NCBI RefSeq assembly: GCF_009914755.1
Contig: NC_060936.1
Length of the DNA: 64,000 bases
Source: the human T2T-CHM13v2.0 reference genome, Homo sapiens
Reading direction: 5' to 3' (one strand)
The notes beneath the pieces were generated by a model that had not been told where the DNA came from, did no database searches, and saw nothing but the letters and a program-made list of their open reading frames with translations. Each line of letters begins with the position of its first letter. The stretch's first letter is position 1. The translations under genes were made by a program, and so were the position numbers. Below, one piece after another: positions 1 through 16,580 of the stretch.

Positions 1-759
1 TAGTGAAGAAATATGTTTGTAATTGCTTTTGTTTGTGAGAGAGCTCTATGGAATCCTGAAGGCACTGTGAGATGGGATGGACTACTAAATTAGCACTCCA
101 AAGATAACAGTCCCATATATCATTGATAAACAAATCACCACACATGCATTCTGGCTGAGAGTCTGTATTTTGTAAGTCAATTTAAATGAGTAGGGCACAC
201 CGTGTAATAGACTTTTAAAAAGATCTCAGTTAAGGACAGGAGTTTGGGAAAGACAAATGTATCAAAAAGACATTGAAAGGAGTGCAGTCACCGTCTCTAC
301 CAAAATAACCAAACATTATTCAAGCTTATTTTCCTTGGATTTTCCAAGTAGATTAATTGCAATATTTTAAATATTGCAATAATTTAATAAATAACAGAAA
401 GACAAATCGATATTTTGTGAATAGACAAGGCAGTCATAAGAATGTATTGGCTATATATCCATACAAAAATTATCTTATTTTGATTCTAGTGTTTTGTAAA
501 ACTGTCACAGTGTGTGTAGTTCCACCCACTTTCACATGTACCCACAATGCCAGATATCTTTCATATTGGTATTAATATTGTTATTATTATCACCAAACGT
601 ACTGCTAAAGAATTATATACTGGACTACTAAAGTAATGGTGAAAAATGTTCCAGGTAATCTTATGTGTATTAAACTTCTTTAACATTTACTTGATAGAAA
701 CCTAACTCAAAGTAGAGAAATTGAAAAGAAAAGGGTCAATTTCACAAAAACTGAGGACA

Positions 760-1616
<857 letters not shown>

Positions 1617-4600
1617 TAGCTGACGAACATATATAACAAGTTTCAACTAACAACTTGACAGACGCAATCATATTTGCTTCATGTAGTTTGAGTAGGTAGG
1701 CTTTTGTCACTTGTAACTGAGAGACCTGATTAACAATGTTTTCCACATGTTGTTCAATTATTATAATTATTCCAAATAAAAAAAGACAGATCCCAATGAG
1801 AAAAGCAAAGCGGTCCCGATTTTGATCAATTTCAACAATTCATCTTTATTCATTTATGTATTTTAATTTCTGTACTTTTCTTACCCTGCCTTTTGAGAGC
1901 AACCATGCCCCCAGGTAAGTAAAGATTCCAATGCTGTATTCATTTCAATGAACATTTCTAAGTTAATTTTGTTGAATTAGACATCACTCCATTTCCACTG
2001 GAAGACCTCCTTGTTCTTGATGAATTTACTAATTGGTAGCAATATCAATAGAAAGTCATTTTGTTCCTACAACACTGTTAGGCGAACATATTGTTCAATT
2101 TTCTGTCCATTTTGTGGAAAAAAATCAGAGTACCATTAGCCTAAGCCTTTATTTGAAAATGCCAGGAACAAGGATGCTCACTAGGAGTGTTTTGTCTTGG
2201 AGAAGGAAGGAGGAATTTTATAAAGCTTTAGCAAAAGGGATTATACAAAATTCAGCTAATTGGGAAATAGTTGGTCAATATCAATTCTGAGAAGAGGGTG
2301 AAATTGTTATGTGAATTTGTAGCTGTTTATTGATCAATTCAAATGTAACAAAGGTGAGGAGGAAGAGTTAGGCATTGACTCATGTATAAATTAAGTGGGA
2401 AGGAACAGTTGAGAAAGGAGGGGGACAAAAACATGCAAAGGCCGCAATGGACAATACAGTCTTTCAAGATCTCTTACAATTGTATTCCAGCTTATGAGGT
2501 ATGAACTCATCTCCCCTCACTTATTTTTTTGGTAATATTGTCTAGATTACATGTAAATAGAATTGTATTTACCCTCTCTTATTTATGTACAAGAAGATCT
2601 AACTTTTTGGATTTTTAAGTTATTTGTACTTAACCCAATCAACAACCAAAACCAAAACAAAACAAAACCCATTTTTTAAAGCCCCTTTTTACTTTCACAG
2701 TTCAAAGAATTAGAGTATTCTCCTATAACTTTGTTCTATGCTCTAAAATAACCTATAATTGGATAAAAAGAAAAATGTAAAGCTTGCTTAATACATGAAT
2801 GTAATATATAATGTAATATAATTAAATAATGAATACATATCCTAATTTATTTTGAATTCCTTTGAAATCTGTGCTACCTTTAAATCATATTACATGGAAA
2901 TTAGCATCAGTAATTCTGTTCACTGGAAGCTATGTAATAGGAACCCTGCAAATGTGTGGTAGCTGAATAATATGCATTTGGAAAAATATCAAGTAGTGGC
3001 ATTTGTCATATAATATGCACATTGGCAATAATGGTTATCAGGTAATGCAAGATAATAATTCAATATGACAGCCTAATTTGAATCAACTGCTTGCTTTATT
3101 GAATAACATAATTAAAATATGTCCAATCTATTGGTATTTAAATGTATTTATATGGTGACAAAACAGAATAAACCAACATTTAAAGGTTCCCAGTCAACAT
3201 CATAAAACAACATGGAAAGAAAAGCAAAGAAACCAAGTGGGACCTGTCTATGTATACAGTGTTCATTAGACCCACGTTATGTTTGGTTAGACTGGTTTTG
3301 AAAACAGAGCTTTTGCATAAATAATAAATACAGTCCCCACAACAGAGAATATCCCTGTTATGATAATAATAACAAATGAAAACATATCAACTAATTCGTT
3401 TCTGACAAAAGACTAGAATAATCTGGGTTAGCATAAATGTTTTATTTGTAAATATTTCACTGTCAACATATATTTTCAACAAACAATTATGTAATACATA
3501 GTACCATTGTTCCTAGGAAGTTATCCAGAATTCTAATATTTAAGGTTTCCTCAAATATCATTGCCTGTCGTTGGATTAAATTGATAACATACAGTAAAAA
3601 TAATCTGAAGTAGGAAGACTGTGACCAAATAGTTCTTTATAAGAGTACATTTAAATATGTCTTCTTTCCTGGGGTAGAGCCTTTCAGAAATAAATGCAGC
3701 AGGTGAGAAATAATGTACCATCAATCGAAGACACTGGGCACCTTACTGCCCAACCTTCCCCAGTCCTGCAGAAACCCAGTGACATCAAACTCTCTTGCCT
3801 GTCAAGATGAAGAATTCCATAGTGGTTAGACACAGATTCTAGAAGCAGCTACTTATGTTCAGACCTCAACTTTATCACTCACTGCCTTTAAGACTTTGGA
3901 CAAATAACTTATAATACCTACCTTATAATGCTTACCTTCACACAACAAATGACAAAAGTAAATAAAAAACCAATCCCATATCATTGCTGTGATGGTGAAA
4001 AGATTGGGTATGTACAAAGTGCTAAAGGCGGTGCCTGGTTCATAATATGGACTGTGTAGATGTGAGTTCATATTATTGTTTATTCCTGTTCTAGGTGTCC
4101 ACACCATCTTTCTGTGGGGGAAAGCTTTTAAATAAAGTTTAAGCATGAGCCTAGGCAGAGACAAAAAATTTGGGTGACTGACGACTAATTTGAATATGTC
4201 AGAAAGAGAACTTGTTGAGAAAGATGGTAATATCCACCAAACTCCAACCCTCCAGGAGCATACAAGCAGAGAGCAATTAAAGGTCGGATTTTTATTTTCT
4301 TTCTTTTTTTTCTTTTCCATAGGCTGTTTTTAGAGTACAATTCTATGGGGCTACTTTCAGTGTAGTTTTGGCTCACAGTCTCAGTTCTCAGCCTGCCTCC
4401 AAGCAAATACTCAAAATATGTCTGAATTTTGAAGATAAATTTTCCTTTTACAGAAAAAATGACTCAAAAAATAACAGATTTATCTTTCATAGGTCACACA
4501 ACAACTCATACATAGGCAATCCCATAATAGAATCAACTAATTAAGCTTTTGATTTACATTTCATACCCTTCCCCTTGTTCTAAGGCTTTAAATAATAAAA

Positions 4601-5339
4601 CTCACAGGTTGAAATACTTCCATTTGGAATCCCATTATATGAAACCAAACCAATCAAGGATATATTCAGTAAAAAATAATTTAAAATGTGAGTGATACAA
4701 AAGCAAAAAATATAAGTACTAGAACTGACCATACTGTCCAAGTTGAAGTCTCAAGGCAGTCCAAATTTCTAAGGAAATTTCTTATTCTAAAGTCTTTAAA
4801 AAGTGTGCTTTCTGAAGTCAGTTAAATTTCCTCCTCTGGTGTTCTATCTCTCATTACCAATAGTACCATTTTTTCAATGTGAATGGCAATCTGGAGATTC
4901 ATTCTAGACTTTACCTTTCCTTTCAAATTATTATACTGCAAAATCTCTCTTCATTTCCTCTCTAGCTCCCTCTTTCGATTATCTCAATTCAAGATTCAAC
5001 CAGTTTTGTTGAATTGCTTCCTGGCCTTCTTTCTCAATCATCTTGCATCAAAGTCAGGAAATTCCAAAACCTTAACATGAAACTAAAGTCCCTGCGTAAT
5101 GTGACCCAACCCGTTTCCAACTTTGTTTCTTACTACCCCCTACCAGCACCCCACTTCGTCACTGCAGCCTACACAACTGTTGTCCTGAACTCTAGAGTTA
5201 ACATGTTCTCATGTTTCCATGCCTTTATACGTTATTCCCATAGTCTAAAATGTGCCTTTCTTCCTCCTACTCTTCATTCTTTTAGATGAGATTCAAATAC
5301 TTCTACCACTGAATTTCCATATTCTGGGTTAGCTACTGG

Positions 5340-5860
5340 GTTAATTAGTGTTTTGTTACTGCTGTTTTCCATTCAGACCTCTTTCCTGACCTCCCACAAG
5401 AAGTAGGAGGACATATGTGTAGGAGGAAAGTCACAGTGTACCCACTGCTGTGGCAATTGATATTGGTCTAGGACTGTTGTAGCCCGTCCAACGAGAATCC
5501 CTTTCTGAGATTTTTCTTATTGTACCAACATGGAAACTCTCTGTTCTTCCTGGCACATAGAGCAAGAAACATGTGAGCCTGGGTAAGTTAGTGGCTATAG
5601 TCTCTATCATTTGAGACAGCCTGTCAGTAGGAGAATGAATGATGCCAAGTAAAGAGAAAAGACAGGTAGAAAAGTAGTGTTGGCAGAGTTTAATTTCTTT
5701 TACAAACCCCGAGGTCCTCAGAGATGGCTACTTTCCTATAGAATTTCCTTTGATTATGAGAGCTTCTTTGTTATCCTTCCAATGTAGCTCCGCTTTTGCA
5801 TAAGTAAGTTATTAATAGTTGGATTTCTGTCACTGGCAACTACAAAGTCCTGACTAATAA
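5340..5860 (+). mobile_element. Old MLT1 (MaLR) LTR; boundaries approximate
   Basis: 3' end gttggatttctgtcactggcaactacaaagtcctgactaata is typical of MLT1K/L-type LTRs. Confidence 0.55.
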
Positions 5861-6920
5861 AAATACCCACCCTTGACCACATGCTATTAGAGTACTCTCA
5901 TAGTCTACTGTAATGAATTTATTTATTTTCTCACATATTCCCTGAATAAAACTGAGGACTTTTGGGGGGCAATGGGTGGGACTTCATATCTGATTCTGCA
6001 AAATATTAGCACAATAAAAATATATAATTGTTGAATAAATACGTTAACAAAAGCCTAACTTAGCAAGCTTTAAAAATAAAGCAAATGAAACTTCATTATG
6101 TGCAGTTATGAATTTTGAATCAATACATTTTTATAAATTAACTTTTGGGGTTTTTCATAATAAAATTGATTAATTATATTATTTGGCCTCACTTGTCATA
6201 TACCCCAATGTTATCCTTTTGCAGATAAAAGATACAGGTTTGAAGTGATGAAACATCACCAAGATCATATGGTTGATTGTGAATTTTCTCAACCTTAAAT
6301 TTAGTGTAAGTGTAATTACACTACAATAGTTAAAAAGAAAAATTTTTAAAAAGTAATTCCATGAGTTAAATTAGATACAATTACTTACTCATCTTTATTA
6401 GTGTGATTGCTTTCAATTATGTATAGCTTCCTTTATATTTGTTGTTTCTGCACTAACTGATGAAGCTTCCAGGAATTAAAACTCTAATCATTATAAAAAT
6501 ATATTTATTTTCCTTTTATGAATTTATCTTTTTCCAACAGGGAGTAAATCAATAGTAAAGAATAGAGTGAACATGTCAAGTTGATGCTCCAGGACACTTA
6601 ATTGATTCTTAAGCTTTTGACATTTGCCCTAAGTATATACTATAAGCACCACCCATCGAAACTTTTTAAAGATGTTTCCTATAGTAAAAGTAAACAGTAA
6701 AAATTGATGTGAATCAACCTTACAAAACATCTCTGAAATAGACATCTCACAGAACACTTCATGAGAAATGAAATCTTTCAGAAATATGCATATACATTTT
6801 AGTCTGAAAGTTGTAAATAATTCTAAATCAGATAAACAGCATGTGAGATTTTAGAAGGCAATATACACTTTTCTTTTTAATAAAAATATTATTTTCTTTA
6901 AAAAAATTAATATTAAGCTG

Positions 6921-7281
6921 TGATATGGTTTGGCTGTGTCACCATTTAAACCTCATCTTGAAATGTAACTCCCACAATTCTCTCGTCATGGGAGTGACCC
7001 AGTGGGAGGTCATTGAATCACGGGGGCAGGTCTTCCTTATACTGTTCTCGTGATAGTAAGTCTCACAAGATCTGATGGTTTTATAAAGAGGAATTCCCCA
7101 GCACAAGCTCTCTCTCTCTCTTTGCCTGGCACCATCCATGTAAGATGTGACTTGCCCCTCCTTGCCTTCTGCCATGATTGTGAGGCCTCCCCAGCCATGT
7201 GGGACTGTAAGCCCTTAAACCCCTTTTTCTTCCCAGTCTGAGTTATGTCTTTACTGGCAGCATGAAAAGCAGACTTATACA
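6921..7281 (+). mobile_element. THE1 (ERVL-MaLR) solo LTR
   Basis: Starts tgatatggtttggctgtgtc, ends gcagacttataca; 5-bp TSD AGCTG at 6916-6920 and 7282-7286. Confidence 0.93.
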
Positions 7282-7536
7282 AGCTGTTTATACAAAAATT
7301 CCATCAAAGCAAAGTTAGGGATTTATTTAATCAATTTTGTATCTGCATAAAACACCTTTATTGTACTCATTCACCACATCTATTTTTTCAGGAAAAAATT
7401 CACCATAACATAAAAGTATACCACAAATTGGATCACTTATCATCTCCACTGCTGTCACCTTCATTCAGCCTCTATCATCTTTTACTGGATACCTGGATCA
7501 TTTCAGTAGGTAGTTCAGTAGAGTCTTAACTAGTAA

Positions 7537-7950
<414 letters not shown>

Positions 7951-7999
7951 TCCCCTATGTCTTTATAGTTTCTTCCTACACGCTCTAGCCCAAGGTTAT

Positions 8000-8437
8000 C
8001 TCTCAGAGTTCCAATTACTAAATCACTCTAACCATGTTCCCAGCCACCCACTTTGCGTGACTATTCTGTGAGCACATCATACATGCCCACGGATAAGGGC
8101 ATATGCTTTTTCTTCTCTTTGTCTCAAATGCTCTGTGCCATTATTTACAGATGTTGCTTATTTACTTCCTTCAGATATCTGCACAAATGTCGCTTCTTCA
8201 GAGGGACCTTGAGAGGGTATCCTATATAAAATTAGTTATACTCCTGTAACATACTTTGCTTTCTTAGAGCAAATATCACCAGCTAACATATTCAATTCTT
8301 ATTTGCCTATTTTCTGTCTCCATTCACTATAATATAAGCTACATTGGGCCAGGGATATTGTCTGTTTTGTTTACTACCATATCCTCAGAAGCAAGTGGGT
8401 GCTCAAAAATATTTACTGGATAAAAGAATAAATGAAT
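8000..8437 (+). mobile_element. L2 3' end relic
   Basis: ctcaaaaatatttactggataaaagaataaatgaat terminus and upstream L2-like motifs. Confidence 0.55.
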
Positions 8438-8684
8438 TAAAAAATAGAATAGCAGTATTTATTTCCATTCTGCAGCATTTAAATATATTTATAATCATTT
8501 CTAACTGTTGTCATTACTTCAATCATTTTCATTTCAGAATTCGTGGATTTTATTCTAAATAAATTTTATATATTCTAACATTGGGGTTAAATGTGTGATT
8601 TGATGTAAATATGACATTTATTTATTTTTCTTCCAGGTTTGTGAGTTTGAGAGTGTATTCTTGCTAATTTGACTCTTCATATTA

Positions 8685-8861
8685 GACCACAGCCCTAGCC
8701 AACATCTTGATTACAAACTTGTGAGAACTTTTAAAGGAGACAACTTAACTAAGCTGTTGCTAGGTTTCTGTTCCACAAAAACAGTTAAAAAAATAAATTT
8801 GCATTGTTTTAGGCTGCCAAGTCTTGGGATAAATTGCTATGCTGCAATAGATCACTAATAC
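8685..8861 (+). mobile_element. MLT1 LTR 3' fragment
   Basis: aataaatttgcattgttttaggctgccaagt...gcaatagatcactaataca. Confidence 0.6.
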
Positions 8862-9077
8862 AGACAAGGTAATTTTGCATATATTTATCTGCACATAGAA
8901 CTTCAAAGGTAAAAATTCTTGTTCTTTAAAAACATTCATTTGTTTATTTTTGGCAGTGTAGAAATTTATCATTAGCATAGGATTTTTTCTTCCAAAACAT
9001 TTTTTTCTTAATCGTGAAAGGTATCATCACCCAGATCTGGGAACAATCAAAGCACCTTAAAGCTTTTTCATTCTTTT

Positions 9078-9428
<351 letters not shown>

Positions 9429-11931
9429 CTATTATATGCAAAGGTTAAATATGCTTTGGTTTGTCTATTATGCTCAATTGTCTTCCCACATAGTCTTTTA
9501 TTGTTTCTAAAATAAATTGCTTATCTGTGGAACTTTCCATTTGCTATCTGTTGTAGAGCCTTTTTGATAGTTTATTCTGTTCATTTTTGTTTTGGTCACA
9601 TCCCTGAGATTACTCTTTGCCCACACAATCTGTCACCTAATTTTATGGCCAATTTTTTTTTTCTTTGTGACTCACTATTGTTTTCCTTTGATGAACTGGA
9701 ATTTTTTCCCACAGTGATATACTAACTTTTCCTTTTTCTTTATTTATCTAAGACCTTGTATACCAATTTTTTAAAAAATAAAAAAAATGCCAAAGATAAT
9801 CAAGGCTTTAGGGATTGCTATTATACTTCAGCAAATTTAATTTAGCAGATTTGTGTTACGACACAATAGTAGATCATTTGTAAAAACAAGGAACTCAAGA
9901 GGGGCTTTTGTTATGGGAAAAGAGTTGGCTATAGCTAAAGCTAATTGAATTTAGAAGCCACAAAACCAGCATCATTATGCTAGAATTTCTGACTCTACAC
10001 TTCCTTGAAAAGGAGTGGGTGATCAATATCTTGACAAGGAAAAGAAAATTGGAAAAAAGTAAAGCATGTTCAGTTTTCATCAGGTTGGGATTGAAAATGG
10101 AGAGTAATTATTTCAAGATAATTTCACCTTAGAAAGAAAGCAATTACTATCCCCTTTGCTGCGATTGGTGAATTGCATAAAATCTCTATGTAATTAAGTG
10201 TTTACTGTAACCTGGCCCAGCCCTTCATTTCATTAGATTTGTGAAAGAAAACCACTGTATTTCTTTCCCCTATCACTCAGCAGGATATATCTCTGTGTAT
10301 AACTACAAATAGAGCTTAATTATGTGTCTTCAGTATGACAGAGTTCAAACTATTGTTTGTCCTTGGAACTCTTTACCATTAGATATAAGAAAACAAGAAA
10401 GGGAAAACAAGAGAATGATGTTTGCAATCCTAAACAACAAAAATATTTATTTTCTTGTTTTAAGTTATTTTCTACACAGGAACTAACGATACATTCTATT
10501 GTAAATGATTAGCATCCTGATTTCATGCACATTTAAGTTTTAGTTGGAGCTAAGTGAAAACTAATGGTTTAGTAGCAGTGATTTTATATTGTTCAGCCTA
10601 GCAGGATACTTGATCTCAAATTATTCTTTTAAGAAACTTTAGCCTACATTTGAATTATTATTCATTTGAAATGAATATTTGCTTCTCAAATTGTTTGGAA
10701 GTAAATTGAATACTTGTCTATAAAAACATTTTCTCTTTTCCAAACTCATTTTTAATCATATATTTTAGCATATCTACAGATTTGAGGCCACACCATTTTA
10801 TATATAACACCAACTAGCTTACCTCTTAGCCTGTGTGTGGGCCTGCAGATGGGACAGACTCACATTTGTGTTGCAGTTGTCTATAATTACCTATGAAAAT
10901 ATGAAGCAGCCTTTCTAAGCCAGGACTGAACTCCTCTTCTCAGTGGAACATGTGGTCAAATTGATTTTTTAAAATAATCCTTGTGGTTTTAAGATGATAA
11001 TTGTAGTGTTAAAGATAAACTTTGGCAAATTAAAGTTTTTAGGAGTTTATTTCAGCAGACAGCGAAGGAACACAGAGTGTTAGAGCTTCCTCATTCTAAT
11101 AGCTTTCCATTTAATTATTGTAACATTTGAAAAGTTAGAATACATAATCAGGCCAAATGAAACCAATTTCTACGTAAAATACCTTCATTAACATTCTGAT
11201 ATATGATCTACATTTTTCATATAATATATTACAAAAATCAGTGTATGCACATGCATTATATCTCGTGTATTGTGTGTGTCTACTATATTGTGTGTGTCTG
11301 TGTGTGTGAGTGTGTATGTGGTTGCATAGAAAAAAGTGCATGGTTGATGGACCTGTTAACATTTTTTTTTCTGAATTCTTGTTACTATGATATCCTCTCT
11401 CATATTGTATCTATTAATATTTTAAGGCAAAGACTAATTATCCATGATGCTCTCATATTTTTTTAAAATACAAGTGTCTGTATATTCTTCTAATACCAGT
11501 ACATAAATACGTGCTTCAACTCATGTACAATTAAATATAAAGGAAATTGACATTTGTCTAGTGAATTAAAGGAAAAATAGATAACTGACTACTTAAACCA
11601 ATAAAGGCAGAAGAAAATAAAAGATAATAGATTAATTTAATTACTTCCTAATTAATCTAAGACAATAATTGCTAAAACTACAATTAAATTCAAACTAGGA
11701 AAGTCACTTTCCAAATATGTTCTATAAAATGCTATTTTAGTGGATCTTTTAGGTGTAACAGAAAAAAGAAGTTCAGTAACCCAGTAAGTTTGGACATACT
11801 TAGCTTGAGTGAAGCAGGTTTTGTTGTGGTAGTTTGTTATTGTGTATTTATTTGCGTGTATTCTGACATTAGACCCTCTCAGATCTGTAATCTACTAATG
11901 TTCATTGTAAATATCCAATACTAGATGGTAG

Positions 11932-12508
11932 TGTTACCAGAAAAACTGGTCTTCATCCAGACCCCAAGAGAAAGTTCTTGGATCCCACATAGGAAAGAAT
12001 TCAAATAGAGTCACAGAGTGCAGTGAGAAGAGACATTGTATTGCTAGTTTAACGGGCATCCCCTTTCTGAGGACACCCATTACAGAGTAGGGTGTCCTCA
12101 CAAAGCAGGCAAAGAAACACATTGGCTTTAAGTTTTTCTTCTGTTGTGGTCTTGTCTATGTAAAGACTAAACTAAGCTGTGACTACATGCAGTTGGGCTG
12201 ACAGCATGACAGTATTTATTATTCTATTGATTTAAAGAAAACTATCTTTGACATTTTAGTGTGTAAGTACATCAAAGCATAACTATAAATATCTTAAAAG
12301 CACATATTGTTATGGGTATTGGGACATCTGGACTTTTTGCCATTGTAGGAGTGTGTCCTTGCAGGTATATTTAGGCTGTTTCCTCAACTATAAGCATCTT
12401 AGGACCATGGGTTAAGACTGGCAAATAATGCATCTTGCTAGTCTTTAAGATTTAGTTGATTCTAAAATGCTGTCACCTTGGCTATCCTAGGCTCCTGTTT
12501 CCCTAAGA
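11932..12508 (-). mobile_element. MER4-group (ERV1) solo LTR
   Basis: tgttaccagaaaaactggtcttcatccagaccccaagagaaagttcttggatc matches a MER4 end; 4-bp TSD GTAG at 11928-11931 and 12509-12512. Confidence 0.8.
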
Positions 12509-12686
12509 GTAGGATACAATATTTCCCAAAATTGTTGGCCATGGACATCCTTTACTCTGTTTGTTGAAAGAGCTGACTAATATTTCAGTGAACAATTCCT
12601 GGCAAATGCTTGTGTAAAAATATCAAAATATTTTCCTTGAATGCATTGTATGTTGTTTATTGTAGTAGATTCTATATATAGACTAG

Positions 12687-13007
<321 letters not shown>

Positions 13008-13022
13008 TAATATCACAGCATC

Positions 13023-13393
<371 letters not shown>

Positions 13394-14711
13394 TTAGTCT
13401 CCAAGGTATTTTGACATTAACTTACATTGTATAAGCATAAACTATGAAATATTTCTCTTTTATTACATTTTTTATCTTACTTCTTTCACTTTTTTACTTG
13501 ATTGAACAAATTCCCCATTACTGGTCATCACAGTCAGTATTTACATGCACCTCTATCTTTTCCCTACTTTGGCTTTGTGTATCAATGTAACCAATTGGAA
13601 CTCCAGGCTTGGCTATTTTCATAATAGGCTTACTACTCCTATAAAATCTCTCAGAAACTATGGGCCTGCTTCTACTCTTTCCTTCTTGTCAATTTCCAGA
13701 TATGAATCATATGCACAGCAAACTTACTTCACAATCACCCTACCCCCAATTTCCCTAAGAGCAGAACCTTATTGAAAGAAGTCTCAAAGCTATGCTAATA
13801 AAGTAGGCATCCCTACTGAGCCCTCAATGTTACTCTGAAATCTTTGTGTGTGTGTCTTCTTGATAACATTACCAAAGTTTGCACATAAACTATCCCAGAC
13901 CTTCTTAACTCTCCTAAAAGTACTTATCCCACTTTGAAACCCTAAGAAAATGACCATGTGTTCTAATTTTTAGAGAATTCAAAGTCATTCTTAGAACATG
14001 TGAAAAAGGCAATGTCAAAAATAAAACAAAACTAAAAAATAAAAATAACAAAACAAAACAACACAAAAAAGTCGTTCTTCCTAATTCATTTTATTATCCA
14101 AGAATATGGCGCTATTCTGTTCGCCAGGACTAATCCTCTGTATGCATTTGCATCTCACTGTTCCTTAACTTTCTCCAGGACTCTATTTTATTGGTCTTCT
14201 TTCGATTACATGTTCAATCTTTTTCTATTTCTTACTTCCTTCCCTTCAGTTTTAACTGCTCATAGGTAAAAAAATCAGGAAATATCAAATTACTTCAATT
14301 CATTTCTTTCTTCCTCAGCCCCCAGACCACTTCTTTTCCAAAAACTAGTTCGCACAAACTAGCTCCCCTTTTTCAACACTCATTCTCTCAATTAATTATA
14401 ATATGATATTCACCTCATTCCTGAAAGTTAATTCTCTAGCCAGCAGTTAACTTCCTTTTCAACAAACCTGAAACCTCTTTCAGTTCTCATCCTAATTGTA
14501 TATGAACAGTTGGCCTATTGAGTATCCCTGCTTATTTGGCTTCTTTTCTTGTTTGGCCCTCAGGATCTTGCATTATTCAGTTTTTCCTACCTCTCTGTGG
14601 TCTCCTGTTTGTCTACTTCGCTGATTCACGATTCTACAGTGTGTATTTACATACTCCACCACCTGCTGATCTCATTCATATCCATACCTTCAATTTTCAT
14701 GCTCTATGGTA

Positions 14712-14880
14712 TTGCTTCTTAACTGTGGCTGCATACTGGGAAGATTTTTAAAATTATTAATGATTATATTTACCCCCAAGTATCCTGATTTAATTGATCT
14801 GGGTATAGCATATATATTGGGATCTTTATAATCTTCTTAAAGTCATTATAATGAACAGCCTAGGCTTAAGTCACTGCTCT
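14712..14880. mobile_element. MER5-type hAT-Charlie DNA transposon relic within L2-rich sequence
   Basis: cctgatttaattgatctggg...cagcctaggcttaagtcactgctct. Confidence 0.55.
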
Positions 14881-15953
14881 GTGGATTTCTCTTGCTTATA
14901 GCAATTGACTTTTCAATTCAAACAATGCCTCGAAATCAACAAATCTGAATCTGTAATATTTTATCTGTTTGTGATCATACTAAGTTCTGATGAATTTACA
15001 ATTTTATATTATTTTTTGTCTTCTAGCTCCGCTATAACCGACATATTCAAATGCTTTCTTACAGATAATATTACTGAGCATCTCATATATTTTGTTCAAT
15101 AACCCCAACCGTAGCGACCTGTTAATGCCATATTGCCTCCTGCTTAGACTTTTACAATTGTATCTATTCAGTATACCTTTTCAGAATAATATTTTCAGAA
15201 AACAGTTTCATCATATTATTGCCAATTTGTTAGCTACTAAAATTAAGTACAAGCTCATGCAATATTTATTTCTCACTGTCCCCAAGCCTGTTTCATTTAA
15301 CAAGTCTAGACTCCTCAGATCTTTTGCTTCTTCACTCATCTTTTTATCCCATTGCTTATACTGTTTTTTTTCTCTCTCTCTTTATGTTCAACTTTCCAAG
15401 TCCATCGGGGACCAAAATAAGATCTTTGATTTAGTTTCAAATCTGATCTTGTTATAGTGGGAAATTTTCTTATCCTCTTTTGGTCTCAGGTTGGTTGCTT
15501 GGGTTTTTTTATACCGGTAAGGTTGAGATGACATCTTTCTCTCAGAGTTTGAAATTGAAATACGATAGTAATTGCAAAGTTCCTAGCTAAATATTAGTCC
15601 TCAAAAATGTTAACTACCTTTCCTGATTTTTCCTTCCATATAGTTCTAAAATTTGTGTTGTTATTTTTTATCATCTTCACTCAACTCTTTTATGGTTGTG
15701 TGTTTTGCCTCCTCAACAAGCTCTTAGGGACTGTGCCCCGTCTTGAATCATACTTCTTTTGTTACTACCACATACTTAACATGTATTATATTCATTGTAG
15801 GGCTCATCAAATATTTGTTGAATGGGTTTTGCTAAATAAATTACAAAATCTTCAGAGTACAGATCAAAGTTTTGTAAGTCTAAATTACGGAGGATTTTTG
15901 TGGGAGCTTCTAATTTGTGGCTGAAAGAACAGAGCCAAATAACTTCCAGTATT

Positions 15954-15956
<3 letters not shown>

Positions 15957-16008
<52 letters not shown>

Positions 16009-16031
16009 ACAGAGAGAGAGAGAGAGAGAGA
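15957..16031 (+). repeat. (AC)~24 followed by (AG)n compound microsatellite
   Basis: Seen directly. Confidence 0.97.
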
Positions 16032-16568
16032 AGAAAAAATAAAACAAGGAAAGGAAAAAATCAATTAAAATAATTTCTGGAAATCAAAATGCAGATATGG
16101 TTTAAAACTGGATCTTATTCTCTGCCTACAATTTTAACCATACGGAAATGCTGGGAGAAAAATAACTGATGTGTCTTAGTTTCAACATCACTAAAATGTA
16201 GGTAAATTGTTTTTAACTTTCTTTCATATGAGTTATGATGGTTGGCCAATGTCATGAATGAAATATACTTTGAGGTTTCTGTAAAGCATCAAGAAACTGC
16301 TGTATTAAAGTGAGATTATTACTGTATATACTATAAATATTGTGTAGGTGTGTTTCTTCCAATATTTAGAATATTCTGTTTCTTCTTCTAATTTTTTCAA
16401 TGTTTCATTTCTCTTTTTTACTTCATCAAGACAATCAAAGTACAAGTGCTGCACATTAAAAATATACAAATACATCACTCACACCACATCAACTCCTACA
16501 GGCAAAAGGGCTTTTACTAAACATTACTCCTCTTCAAAGCACATAATCACAAGCTAAATGTATCAAGA

Positions 16569-16580
16569 GCCATCTGCTGG
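16569..16580 (-). promoter_or_regulatory. Candidate CTCF site
   Basis: Minus strand CCAGCAGATGGC matches the CCASYAGRKGGC core; motif only. Confidence 0.4.

Noticed and set aside
3859-4320. 153-aa minus-strand ORF
   Set aside because: No recognisable domain, starts in an A-rich low-complexity tract and overlaps MIR-like sequence; consistent with chance.
7010-7020. DUX4 site in the THE1 LTR
   Set aside because: Reads TCATTGAATCA; the TAAT half-site is mutated.
7186-7198. PRDM9 recombination-hotspot motif in THE1
   Set aside because: Reads CCTCCCCAGCCAT, not the hotspot-associated CCTCCCTAGCCAC form.
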